From IMG/VR virus record IMGVR_UViG_2713896798_000009: a stretch of 14,996 nt of DNA. One strand, given 5' to 3'. Made by a program: the position numbers and the translations under genes. Positions within the stretch are counted from its first letter, which is position 1; every line of letters starts with the position of its first letter. The stretch comes from a virus. Its lineage: Duplodnaviria; Heunggongvirae; Uroviricota; Caudoviricetes. The notes beneath the pieces were generated by a model. It was not told the origin of the DNA and ran no database searches. It worked only from the letters and a program-made list of their open reading frames with translations. This document shows, one piece after another, positions 1-7,824 of this stretch.

Positions 1-165
1 ATGGCAAAGCCGATCATCACGCTCAATGGCCTAAAAATCGTCATTATGTTGGGAATGCTGGTCATTATTCTCTGCGGTATCCGTTTTGCCGCCGAGATCA
101 TCGTGCCGTTTATTCTCGCATTATTTATTGCTGTTATATATAACTTATTTAACTTAACTAATTGA
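1..165 (+). pseudogene. tqsA: 5' fragment of an AI-2E family transporter gene (TqsA-like). About 45 codons of a membrane-protein N-terminus ([45 protein letters not shown]), then the frame runs into AT-rich non-coding sequence and stops at 163-165.
   Basis: ATG at 1-3; hydrophobic N-terminus that I recall as TqsA/YdgG (recalled, not searched); reading frame ends after 9 unrelated codons; abrupt switch to AT-rich sequence at about 135-200. Confidence 0.45.
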
Positions 166-244
166 TTTAATTAAATAATTTGCACCACAAAAAGTGCCAA
201 AAATCGCAAAATGACTACACCAGTGACTACACCGTTCGGTGCAC

Positions 245-275
245 TGTATGAAACAACGTGGAACAAATAGACACA
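245..275 (-). promoter_or_regulatory. Copy L of a repeated motif (core AACAACGTGGAAC on the plus strand; reads TTGTTCCACGTTGTT on the minus strand) with flanking TTGT-type repeats
   Basis: Exact 13-nt core at 252-264 is identical to 7749-7761 and to the reverse complement of 13699-13711; flanks are also similar. Confidence 0.4.
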
Positions 276-596
276 AGAAATATAAAGGCGGGTCATCTTT
301 CCAGGGGGAAGCGCACCAATTCATGAGGGGCGTTAATGTCGATATGGGGATCCCCACCTACCGGAATTTTTTTCCGGTTAAACGTTAATCAGGCTGGTGG
401 GCTTTACATACCCTTGATCACGGTAATGATGATTCAGGTGCGTACCTTTTCCCCAGTGGGGTAAAAGCTCCAACCGTAACGATGTTCGTTGTGGTTGCCT
501 TGATGGTCTGCGTGGTCATTATGACCATTCAGAATTTGAAGGGTGATGTTTCCGATCTCCTCAAATTGAGGTTGCCGGAAATATCAACGGGTTAGG

Positions 597-889
597 CCAG
601 AGTGCAAATTTGCACTCTGGAACAATTCCAACCAGTAATCAGCGCAATTTTGCGCTTTGCTTTAAGTTCAGCGAGTAACCGAAGGCGGAATTCCGCCCTC
701 GGTACTCACATATGAGAAACGATATTTCTTCCACCGATACCCTTTATTTGGGTATCGCGAGTAAGCCCCAAAATCTGGGTGTTACTCTTACTACCCAAAC
801 TACGGGTATTTTCCGTAATTTCATGGTCGAGTTGCAGATCTGCAACTCACCCACCAGCCAACGCAATTTTGCGCTTTGCTTTAAGTTCA
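597..889. repeat. Cluster of distinct palindromes plus a 28-bp direct repeat, lying between the last packaging gene and the left junction
   Basis: Perfect 24-bp palindrome 597-620 (ccagagtgcaaatttgcactctgg); near-perfect 24-bp palindrome 679-702; hairpin 735-757 (cgataccc/gggtatcg); perfect 20-bp palindrome 829-848 (gagttgcagatctgcaactc); 28-bp direct repeat cgcaattttgcgctttgctttaagttca at 643-670 and 862-889. Confidence 0.6.
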
Positions 890-894
890 ACCAG

Positions 895-1176
895 TTACCG
901 CCGTAACCGCTCCGGCTTCTTCCAGTGGTACGTAATTTTTGCTTTTTCCCTGTACGTCTGCACGCGGCGACGGTAGGCCAGCATTTCAAGAACGCGGATC
1001 CGTATGTTGCGCATATCCACATCATTAAGCTGGATACCATCACGGCGCATCACCTCAGCAACAACTCGCGCATAATTTTCGGCGGTCACGCTGTCCGGCT
1101 GCGTGGCCTGTTCGTCATGCTGCTGGCTGATTCCAGAGACGCGGCGGATTAATCGCAGTATTTCGGCTTCTGTCAT
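895..1176 (-). CDS. hypothetical protein (93 aa), last gene of the packaging operon
   Basis: ATG at 1176 with GAGGT RBS about 7 nt upstream; 13 nt downstream of the terL stop; no family recognised. Confidence 0.5.
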   Translation of the reverse strand: MTEAEILRLIRRVSGISQQHDEQATQPDSVTAENYARVVAEVMRRDGIQLNDVDMRNIRIRVLEMLAYRRRVQTYREKAKITYHWKKPERLRR

Positions 1177-1189
1177 GCTGCTGACCTCA

Positions 1190-2851
1190 TTACACCCCGC
1201 TAAATTCTTCCAGTTTCTGGCGGTGGCTGTCGCTTATATCAAAAGCAAAATTCTCATGCTCTGCCTGGAATGTACCAAACGCCATCAGCGCCGCTACGCT
1301 CGGGTCTATCTTGTTCGGTGATTTTTTCTTGTTCGGCTTGATATTGGCGTTCGCGTCACTCTGCATCACGACGTTACTCATCGACCAGGACAACACCGGA
1401 TCGCCACGATGCACAATCACCCTGCGGTTAACAAAAACTTCGAACGATTTCGCCGCCGGACTGAATCTGAGGTAGGTTTGCGGGAACGGCTCCACCTCAA
1501 AACCAGCCCCCTGTAATTGCGTTCTCAGGTGCGTGGCGTTCCACGTATCAAAGCCCACCAGCCTGATATTAAATTTCTCCGCATCCTGCATGATGTCATC
1601 TCTGATCCGGTCGTAATCAATGCAGTCACCTGGCGTTGTGCGTATCCAGCCCGCTTTAGCCCACTGGCGATAGACAGCGCGGTTTTTATTGGCGGGGTTC
1701 TGTAGCTGGAACTCCGGCAGATAATGACGGGAAATCAGCATAATGGTTTTACCAACCGGAAAGGCATAGCACACGCTGGAAATATCGCTGGTTGATGATA
1801 AGTCCAGCCCCGCGTAACACTCCTGCCCGTGTAAATCTTCCTCCGTGAACGTTCCGGCACACTCAGCCCATGCGCCGTAACCCATCCACGGGGTAGCCCC
1901 CTGGCACCAGATATTAAATCGCTTTGTCATCATCTCCACCCATTGCGACGGAATACCCCGCGCTTTCTGGATGGTTGAGGCCAGTTTTTCACGATCCACG
2001 GAAACATCGATGTTAGGGTTAGCCTTTATCCACATCGCCGGATCATCAACCTCGTTTTCGTCGTCCAGCTCGTAAATCAGCACAAAAATTGAATCGTTGA
2101 CCTCTTCGCCGTCCAGGATCTGGCAGCAATAATCATAGTGCTGTTTACAGGCTGAAACGACGTTACTGCCCGATGTGGTAATGGCAAATAACAGCCCTTC
2201 GGGACGTGCGCCCATCCCCAGCTCAAGCGCGGAATAAACGCCGTTATCGGGGTGTAGGTGGTATTCGTCCACGATGGAAAGGCTTGGGTTTGTGCCCTCG
2301 ATGGTTGCCGCTTTTGCTGCCAGCGGCTTTAACAGGCTGTTGCTTTTCGGGTGCATCACCTTGTGGGCCTGAATATTCACCCGCCTGCGTAACGGTCGGG
2401 ATAAAAGGCACATCTGACGCGCATCATCAAAAACGATCCGCGCCTGGTCACGGCTCACCGCTGCGGTGTAGATATCCTGCTGCCCGTTCTCCATAATCAG
2501 AAACCAGTTAGCCAGAATCGCGGCGGTCGTGGATTTCGCATTTTTGCGCGGCACTTCGATAAAGGCGCTCGTGTATTTGCGCCGTCCGGTGGCCTTAACC
2601 TTAAAGCCGAGGATGCACGCAAAGGCGAACTGCTGCCACGGCTCCAGCTCAATGGGTCTGCCACGCATCGGCCCTTTTACGTGCGGGCACACCCTGGAAA
2701 AGGCAATAAACCGCTCCACGACCTCACGATCGAACGTATAAAGGGGGTTTTTAAGGTCAGAAAAGTACCGTTTAACGGCCTGTTTCAGCCGTTTACAGGC
2801 CGGAATTTTGCCCGTTTTTACGTCTTCTGCGTACTTATTCCAGGCGGTCAA
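1190..2851 (-). CDS. terL: terminase large subunit (HK97-like Terminase_1 type)
   Basis: 553-aa ORF; Walker A-like VPRKNAKST; typical TerL N-terminus and C-terminal nuclease region; TTG start at 2851 overlapping terS by 17 nt with a purine-rich RBS. Confidence 0.9.
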   Translation of the reverse strand: MTAWNKYAEDVKTGKIPACKRLKQAVKRYFSDLKNPLYTFDREVVERFIAFSRVCPHVKGPMRGRPIELEPWQQFAFACILGFKVKATGRRKYTSAFIEVPRKNAKSTTAAILANWFLIMENGQQDIYTAAVSRDQARIVFDDARQMCLLSRPLRRRVNIQAHKVMHPKSNSLLKPLAAKAATIEGTNPSLSIVDEYHLHPDNGVYSALELGMGARPEGLLFAITTSGSNVVSACKQHYDYCCQILDGEEVNDSIFVLIYELDDENEVDDPAMWIKANPNIDVSVDREKLASTIQKARGIPSQWVEMMTKRFNIWCQGATPWMGYGAWAECAGTFTEEDLHGQECYAGLDLSSTSDISSVCYAFPVGKTIMLISRHYLPEFQLQNPANKNRAVYRQWAKAGWIRTTPGDCIDYDRIRDDIMQDAEKFNIRLVGFDTWNATHLRTQLQGAGFEVEPFPQTYLRFSPAAKSFEVFVNRRVIVHRGDPVLSWSMSNVVMQSDANANIKPNKKKSPNKIDPSVAALMAFGTFQAEHENFAFDISDSHRQKLEEFSGV

Positions 2852-3191
2852 GCTCGTCCTCTTCTTCTGTTTCCGGTGGATTTTTACGGCGGCTTATCGG
2901 GTCAAAACCGAGCAAAGAGGCCATTTTTATCATCACTCTTTCCGCGTCGGATTTCGCGCTTAATGCGGGGTTTCTGCTCTCGCCGCCCTGACTGTTAACA
3001 ATGCTGAACCCGCGCGCCGCAAGGTCTGCGACGGCTTTCCGGTATATTGAGTAATTGACGCAATACAGTTCCAGATTACTCCAGTCGGCAGGGGTCAGGT
3101 CTCCCCGTTCCGCAAGCTGCCGCGATTTTTCCCGCCACTGCTTCACGGCGATATCATCCAGGTAGGCGGGGGCTTTCGGTGGTCTTGCCAT
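2835..3191 (-). CDS. terS: terminase small subunit (P27-family-like)
   Basis: 118-aa ORF with ATG start immediately upstream of and overlapping terL; sequence resembles P27-family TerS; acidic C-terminus. Confidence 0.75.
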   Translation of the reverse strand: MARPPKAPAYLDDIAVKQWREKSRQLAERGDLTPADWSNLELYCVNYSIYRKAVADLAARGFSIVNSQGGESRNPALSAKSDAERVMIKMASLLGFDPISRRKNPPETEEEDELDRLE

Positions 3192-3480
3192 GCTTATTTT
3201 TTCGCCAGATTATTTTTCAAAAAATTACCGTGCATAAAAATTTGGGGAGGCGGTCGGTTCTGGGCGGGGTCGGGTTCGTCCTGAAAACTCCCCCCACCCC
3301 GTCCGGCTGCCTCATCAGCGATTGCGGAAACATTCCATAACCTCGCGGTCACGGTCGTTTAATCGCGTCGCTGTGATGCGTTCTGCGCGTCCTGATGCTT
3401 TATCTTTATGCCCTGTTTCCTGTGCCTTCCATGCGTCACGCTGCCTTATAAGTCCACGGATAAGGCGGTTTTGTTCCCGC
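3192..3480. other. candidate cos / packaging-initiation region between the HNH and terS genes
   Basis: 289-bp non-coding gap in an otherwise tightly packed, overlapping operon; G-tract-rich segment about 3240-3310 (ggggaggcggtcgg...gggcggggtcggg...ccccccacccc); the HNH-cos-TerS-TerL arrangement is typical of HK97-like cos packaging. Confidence 0.3.
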
Positions 3481-3921
3481 TCATTCATCAGCGCCATACA
3501 TCCAGTTATTGCGGTTAGCGCCCCGTTCTTCCTCCTCACGGAATCCACCCGCAGCACGCTTGTTTTTTGTGGACGGATCAAGCCATTTCGTTTTCTGGTT
3601 ATGACACGCCTGGCACAATGGCTGATGATTCCACTCAGGCCAGAAGAGAACATCATTACCGCCATCGATTGGGATAATGTGATCCACCACCACGGCGGGC
3701 GTGTATATTCCTTTTTCCAGGCAATGCGCACATAACGGGTTTTTACTCAGATACATGGCGCGGTATTTCTCCCACTGCCTCGTATACCCTCGCTCCCTGC
3801 TGCTGCCTCTCCGGCTGTCCTGCTGCTGGCGTGCGCTGCGTCTGTGCTCCTCACACTTGCCGGACTTCACGCGCCTGTTGCAGCCTGGTTCTGTACATCG
3901 TCTTAATGGTTGCCACGGCAT
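3481..3921 (-). CDS. HNH endonuclease (terminase-associated)
   Basis: 146-aa ORF; Cys-rich N-terminus (CTEPGCNRRV...CEEH) and HNH core (VVVDHIIPI...GGND...N.QPLCQACHNQKT); ATG at 3921 shares one base with the upstream stop (TGATG). Confidence 0.85.
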   Translation of the reverse strand: MPWQPLRRCTEPGCNRRVKSGKCEEHRRSARQQQDSRRGSSRERGYTRQWEKYRAMYLSKNPLCAHCLEKGIYTPAVVVDHIIPIDGGNDVLFWPEWNHQPLCQACHNQKTKWLDPSTKNKRAAGGFREEEERGANRNNWMYGADE

Positions 3922-4217
3922 CAGTACACCCCCACATCACGGTAAGCCGTCCAGAGTGCGCCAATCGTCATGGGTACGTGTGTTTTTGCGTTATCCGCGA
4001 CAATCTGGCGATTCTCATACAGGTGAGCGATAAACATCATGCAGCCAATCTTTATGGCTGGCGTGAACTCCAGCCCGTCATCAAAGCGCCTGCCTATGTG
4101 TATCTGGCACGCCTCAAGCGATGCGGCAATGTATCCGCTGATTAACTGGTCTTCCTCGTCGCCATCGATGCGGCAATGGAGTTTCACTTCTTCCAGGGTG
4201 ATAAGTTCTTCTGTCAT
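3921..4217 (-). CDS. head-tail connector protein (gp6-like head completion)
   Basis: 98-aa ORF; N-terminus MTEELITLEEVKLHCRIDGDEEDQLISGYIAA typical of gp6-like connector proteins; ATGA overlap with the upstream gene. Confidence 0.7.
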   Translation of the reverse strand: MTEELITLEEVKLHCRIDGDEEDQLISGYIAASLEACQIHIGRRFDDGLEFTPAIKIGCMMFIAHLYENRQIVADNAKTHVPMTIGALWTAYRDVGVY

Positions 4218-4552
4218 TTTTCCGCGCCCTCACGACAAAGAATTTCAAGGCGTGTCCTGGCGGCATCCGGCAGCGGCTGCCCGATGATATTCAGTACACG
4301 CCCCGCCAGCGGCCCCGTATTGACCTTTATCCGGCTGGTGGCGTTGATGTCCTTCCGGTACCGTATCCAGATCCTTACGGTACCAATCGCCAGCTCTGCA
4401 CCCGATGAAATGGCCTCCTTGCTGCTGACCATGTTCACGCTTGCCCAGAGTGTGTGACCGTCCTCCCACGTTTCGAGTATTTCTCCCGTCATGGCTCTGG
4501 TCTGTTTCAGGGTCTGAATCGTTACCCTGTCACGCAGTCGCCCTATGTTCAT
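4214..4552 (-). CDS. head-tail joining / head closure protein
   Basis: Start chosen at ATG 4552 (MNIGRLRDRVTIQ...), which overlaps the portal stop as ATGA; the N-terminal motif is typical of phage head-tail joining proteins. The longer ORF-track start at 4594 would overlap the portal gene by 46 nt. Confidence 0.65.
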   Translation of the reverse strand: MNIGRLRDRVTIQTLKQTRAMTGEILETWEDGHTLWASVNMVSSKEAISSGAELAIGTVRIWIRYRKDINATSRIKVNTGPLAGRVLNIIGQPLPDAARTRLEILCREGAEK

Positions 4553-5760
4553 TCCGGTTTTTCTCCCTCGCTGATTTTTACTTCCTGTTTCCATGCCTGG
4601 CTGAACTCATCACCACCATCACGCGGAGACAACCCTTCTCGTTCGCGGGCTTCGTTCGGGCACATAACACCGGATTTGATGCCTCGCTCATAGGTGGCAA
4701 AGCGTTCGCCAGGTGTGGCCCGTAACAGGTCCGCGCTGTCAAACTCCACCTGATACCGGATACCAGGTACAGGCGAGACCACCAGCAAAGCGTTTTTTAT
4801 CTGCTGCTCAAAGTTCGCCAGCCACGGGCGCATCGTCATGGTGAGAAATGCGCGGCTTGCCTCGCTGAAATTGCTGTAGGTGCTGTTGCTGTATTCCTGC
4901 AGAAAAATCGGCGAGACGTTGAACATTCGGGCGATGTCTTCAATGGTGAAGCGACGGGAGGCCAGCCATTCGGCGTCCTGGTTACTCATGCCCAGCTGCT
5001 GGTAACTCATGCCCCCTTCAAGGATGGGCGTTTTTCCGGCGTTTTTGGCCCCTTTATAGCGTTCCAGTGCGGCTAATGCCTGTTTGCCTTTCACGCCGTC
5101 CAGCCATTCGCCTGACGTGATAACCCCTGCCGCCATCATGCCATCACGCATCACGCTCGCGCCGTGGCGTTGTTGGGCCAGCCCAAGCCCCAGCGATTCG
5201 CGGCAGATGGTTACGGGTGAGCGCCCCATAAAGCCGTCATCCGTGGAGTAACGAAGGTGAAGTACTTCCCACGGTAAATAGTTGCGGGTGTTTCCGGTGT
5301 AGGCGTCAGTGATGCAATAGCGCCAGTTGTGTTCTCCTGTCTGCTCCACGTTCACCGACTGCGGCGGGTAAGGATGTAAAGCCGCCGGAAAACCATCACG
5401 CCCCCACTGAATCACCGCGTAAGCATTACCGTTTAACAGGCAGTGGCGGATCATCATTCGCTTAAACTGGTAGGGAGTCTGCCACGCGTTCGGGCGCTCG
5501 TTGAGGATGTGATCGACCGGATGAGAATCAAGCCACTCGCGGGCCTCCTTCCCCTTCTCATTGCGTACCAGGTACAGGTAACACGGCATAGTAGCCACCG
5601 CCTCAGAGATGACCGTGACGGCGTTCATGACGGCGGGCAGTGATTCCGCTGTCCCCGATGATACATACTCACCCGCCCCCGTGTTTAATGTACCAGCCAG
5701 CGCCATAAATTCATCAAGCGTCATGCTGCGCTGCTCTTTTTTTCTTCTGAAAGGCCACAT
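4549..5760 (-). CDS. portal protein (HK97 family)
   Basis: 403-aa ORF with portal-like sequence and acidic C-terminus; ATG at 5760 with GGGGG RBS about 8 nt upstream; follows the protease gene with a 1-nt gap. Confidence 0.9.
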   Translation of the reverse strand: MWPFRRKKEQRSMTLDEFMALAGTLNTGAGEYVSSGTAESLPAVMNAVTVISEAVATMPCYLYLVRNEKGKEAREWLDSHPVDHILNERPNAWQTPYQFKRMMIRHCLLNGNAYAVIQWGRDGFPAALHPYPPQSVNVEQTGEHNWRYCITDAYTGNTRNYLPWEVLHLRYSTDDGFMGRSPVTICRESLGLGLAQQRHGASVMRDGMMAAGVITSGEWLDGVKGKQALAALERYKGAKNAGKTPILEGGMSYQQLGMSNQDAEWLASRRFTIEDIARMFNVSPIFLQEYSNSTYSNFSEASRAFLTMTMRPWLANFEQQIKNALLVVSPVPGIRYQVEFDSADLLRATPGERFATYERGIKSGVMCPNEAREREGLSPRDGGDEFSQAWKQEVKISEGEKPE

Positions 5761-5761
5761 A

Positions 5762-6319
5762 TCACACCCCCGCTAAATCCACCCACCAGCGGCGATTATC
5801 CGCACGCGGCATTTTTTCGGGGTGCTGCTCATACAGGGAACGGCGGACCAGCTCCACACCGGAATCGGGGTAAGCCGGTACGGATGTGACGGTAATTTCG
5901 TACAGTTCCGCAACCAGCACGGTGCGCACGCATGGATCTGTTGTGGTATCCCATACATCCTTACGGGAACGAAAGCCAAAGCTCATGCCGGATATATCAC
6001 CACGCTTAACCAGTTCGATAACGTCCCGCCCTGTACTGGTATCCGGTGGCGTCAGTTCAAAGCGTAACCCTGTGTCGTCCTCTTCCAGTTTCAGCGAGCC
6101 GGAACGGGTGCGCCCCAGTAACATGCTGTGGTCATGCTCATACAGGCCGCGAACGTCATTACCCGCCGCAAGCCACTCAGTAAACGCCCCCCGCTGAAAT
6201 TTTTCGTAAAACTCACCCCATAGCAGATCAGAAAGGTTATTCCAGCGAACAACGTAACCCGTCAGCGTGTTGCTGGCGCTGGTGGTGATTTCCGATGACC
6301 GGATTTCCATACTCTTCAT
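5762..6319 (-). CDS. prohead maturation protease (HK97 family)
   Basis: Start set at ATG 6319 (MKSMEIRSSEIT...) rather than the ORF-track 6433, which would overlap the capsid gene; motifs GAFTEWL and RGDISGMSFGF. Confidence 0.85.
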   Translation of the reverse strand: MKSMEIRSSEITTSASNTLTGYVVRWNNLSDLLWGEFYEKFQRGAFTEWLAAGNDVRGLYEHDHSMLLGRTRSGSLKLEEDDTGLRFELTPPDTSTGRDVIELVKRGDISGMSFGFRSRKDVWDTTTDPCVRTVLVAELYEITVTSVPAYPDSGVELVRRSLYEQHPEKMPRADNRRWWVDLAGV

Positions 6320-6344
6320 AATTTTTTTCACCCATAAAACACTA

Positions 6345-6364
6345 AAGGGGCTTTTTAGCCCCTT
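6345..6364 (-). terminator. hairpin between the capsid and protease genes, possibly a partial terminator/attenuator
   Basis: Minus-strand RNA has a 7-bp stem (aaggggc/gcccctt) followed by a U-rich tract, 18 nt after the capsid stop and about 25 nt before the protease start. Confidence 0.35.
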
Positions 6365-6374
6365 CTGTATGCTG

Positions 6375-7532
6375 TTAATCGTCGTCCTGTGGCAGTTCCA
6401 GAATCTTGATCGCGTTCGAATCCACCACGCCACCGCCTAAATATTTCTGCGTGAAAATTTTGATGAATCCTGGTTCTGTCAGGTTGTCCGGTCTGGTGCG
6501 AACACCCGTTTCGTGATCAACAATGTAGTAACCGCGTTTGAAGTCACCCAGGGCAATAACGTTATCCGGCATAAACTCCAGATATTCGACCGGAAGGCCC
6601 AGCAACGTATCAGGATCACCAGCCTGTAAACGGTCGCGCCAGATGTAATCACCGTTCGCGTTCTTCACCTTCTGAAGTTTTGCCGCCGTCGTGGAGTTAA
6701 CCACCCAGACCGCGTTTTTGCGGTATTTTTTACGTAATGCAAATTTCAGGTCGATCAGCGGGTCCGCAGATGTCCACGCAAGAGACTCAGAAGGCTTAAT
6801 TACCTGCAACGTACCAAAATCACGCTCTTTGTCGTTCTTCTCTGCACGGGGTACGGATAAAAAGCCTTTTGCTTTTTTGTCACCGTCGCCCACAACCAGA
6901 TCGCTTTCTTCGATTTCCGTGAAGGTGTCGCCAATCTCGCCCGTCAGCCATGAAAGGATGTCCACATCGGAAAAATCCACGATTTCCTGTGTGGTGCGCG
7001 GGTACGCATAGACCGGATACAGCTTAATGCTCACCTCGTTAATCTGCGGGGTGCTGGTCTGTTCGCGTGACTTACCCTCTTCACCGTGGTTAACGGTCGC
7101 ACCGCCAGCGGAAACAAGCTGCTTAAACTCGTTGCTGCTGATTTTCTTCACGGTACAGATGCGGCGCATGGTGGATTCATCCGCCAGCATTCGCATGATT
7201 TCGGTGTTCAGTTCAGGGATAACGGTATAACCACCATCAGCGGGGACACCTGTACTTAATGCGCGGGTTTCACCTGTCAGGATGTAGTTGCGGAGTTCTG
7301 CCGGGTCAGTGGTCTGGCTGCTTTTACCTGGCTTGCTGCGATCTTCGTCTGCAATGGCTTCAAGGCGGGAAATGTCTTTATCGAGGGATTCAGCTTTAGC
7401 GCGTAATTCGTCAAATTTTGCGCCCTCTGCATCGTTAAGGCTGCGGTTTTCTTTTTCCGCGTTCTCCAGCATGTCGCGCATCTGATTTTTAATGGCGGTT
7501 TTCTGCTGGCGTAATTCGATTATTCTCGGCAT
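6375..7532 (-). CDS. major capsid protein (HK97 fold) with N-terminal coiled-coil scaffolding (delta) domain
   Basis: Start set at ATG 7532 (MPRIIELRQQKTAIKNQ...); the ORF-track start at 7577 is TTG and lies inside a hairpin; charged coiled-coil-like N-terminal region followed by a capsid-like body. Confidence 0.9.
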   Translation of the reverse strand: MPRIIELRQQKTAIKNQMRDMLENAEKENRSLNDAEGAKFDELRAKAESLDKDISRLEAIADEDRSKPGKSSQTTDPAELRNYILTGETRALSTGVPADGGYTVIPELNTEIMRMLADESTMRRICTVKKISSNEFKQLVSAGGATVNHGEEGKSREQTSTPQINEVSIKLYPVYAYPRTTQEIVDFSDVDILSWLTGEIGDTFTEIEESDLVVGDGDKKAKGFLSVPRAEKNDKERDFGTLQVIKPSESLAWTSADPLIDLKFALRKKYRKNAVWVVNSTTAAKLQKVKNANGDYIWRDRLQAGDPDTLLGLPVEYLEFMPDNVIALGDFKRGYYIVDHETGVRTRPDNLTEPGFIKIFTQKYLGGGVVDSNAIKILELPQDDD

Positions 7533-7570
7533 AAAAAAAAGTCCTGGGGTTAAGTAAGGAACTCCAGGAC
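7533..7570 (-). promoter_or_regulatory. terminator-like hairpin plus U8 directly abutting the capsid start codon
   Basis: Minus-strand RNA: GUCCUGG, 16-nt loop, CCAGGAC, then UUUUUUUU, then AUG; no Shine-Dalgarno sequence between structure and start codon. Confidence 0.45.
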
Positions 7571-7740
7571 GCGGCAAAAACTCAACCGTTTTTCATAAGG
7601 AAATCAGCAATCGCACCGATCGTTTTCCCGCCTGGTAATGAATATTGGTGAGCACATTAACAGGCGGGAAAGTGGCCCCAGCGTCCTGGCACCACTGGCG
7701 AGAATAATCATGATTCAGGGCGGGTAAAATATGCCGATCC

Positions 7741-7775
7741 GGTCAATGAACAACGTGGAACGACCACGAACAAAT
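7741..7775 (-). promoter_or_regulatory. Copy M of the repeated TTGTTCCACGTTGTT motif, about 215 bp upstream of the capsid start
   Basis: 13-nt core at 7749-7761 matches 252-264 and the reverse complement of 13699-13711; an extended match of about 25 nt to copy R. Confidence 0.4.
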
Positions 7776-7790
7776 AATTTACAAAAAATT

Positions 7791-7814
7791 ACAAAAAGCC
7801 GGATTGCTCCGGCT
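7791..7814 (-). terminator. rho-independent terminator after the 74-aa gene
   Basis: Minus-strand stem agccgga/tccggcu with 4-nt loop followed by UUUUU; nearly identical to the hairpin at 8151-8168. Confidence 0.6.
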
Positions 7815-7824
7815 GTATGGGTGC

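Noticed and set aside
154-357. 67-aa minus-strand ORF at the left junction
   Set aside because: GTG start, no RBS, and it lies over the AT-rich junction and repeated motif region. More likely att or regulatory DNA than coding.
712-1043. Three overlapping ORFs (712-906 plus, 744-1043 minus, 779-976 plus) in the palindrome cluster
   Set aside because: They overlap each other and the palindromes and direct repeats, and the minus-strand one overlaps the 93-aa gene. The frames appear to be by-products of the repeat structure.
3315-3735. Overlapping 138-aa (minus) and 137-aa (plus) ORFs across the HNH 3' end and the HNH-terS gap
   Set aside because: Both overlap the well-supported HNH gene in other frames and extend into the G-rich non-coding gap. 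The gap is more plausibly a cos or regulatory region.
6409-6437. GTTCGAATCC string resembling a tRNA T-loop
   Set aside because: No complementary T-stem or acceptor stem around it, and it lies inside the capsid/protease coding region. No tRNA-like structure was found anywhere in the window.
7532-7577. Upstream extension of the capsid ORF to 7577
   Set aside because: That start is a TTG lying within the hairpin and U-tract; the ATG at 7532 begins a plausible scaffolding-domain N-terminus.
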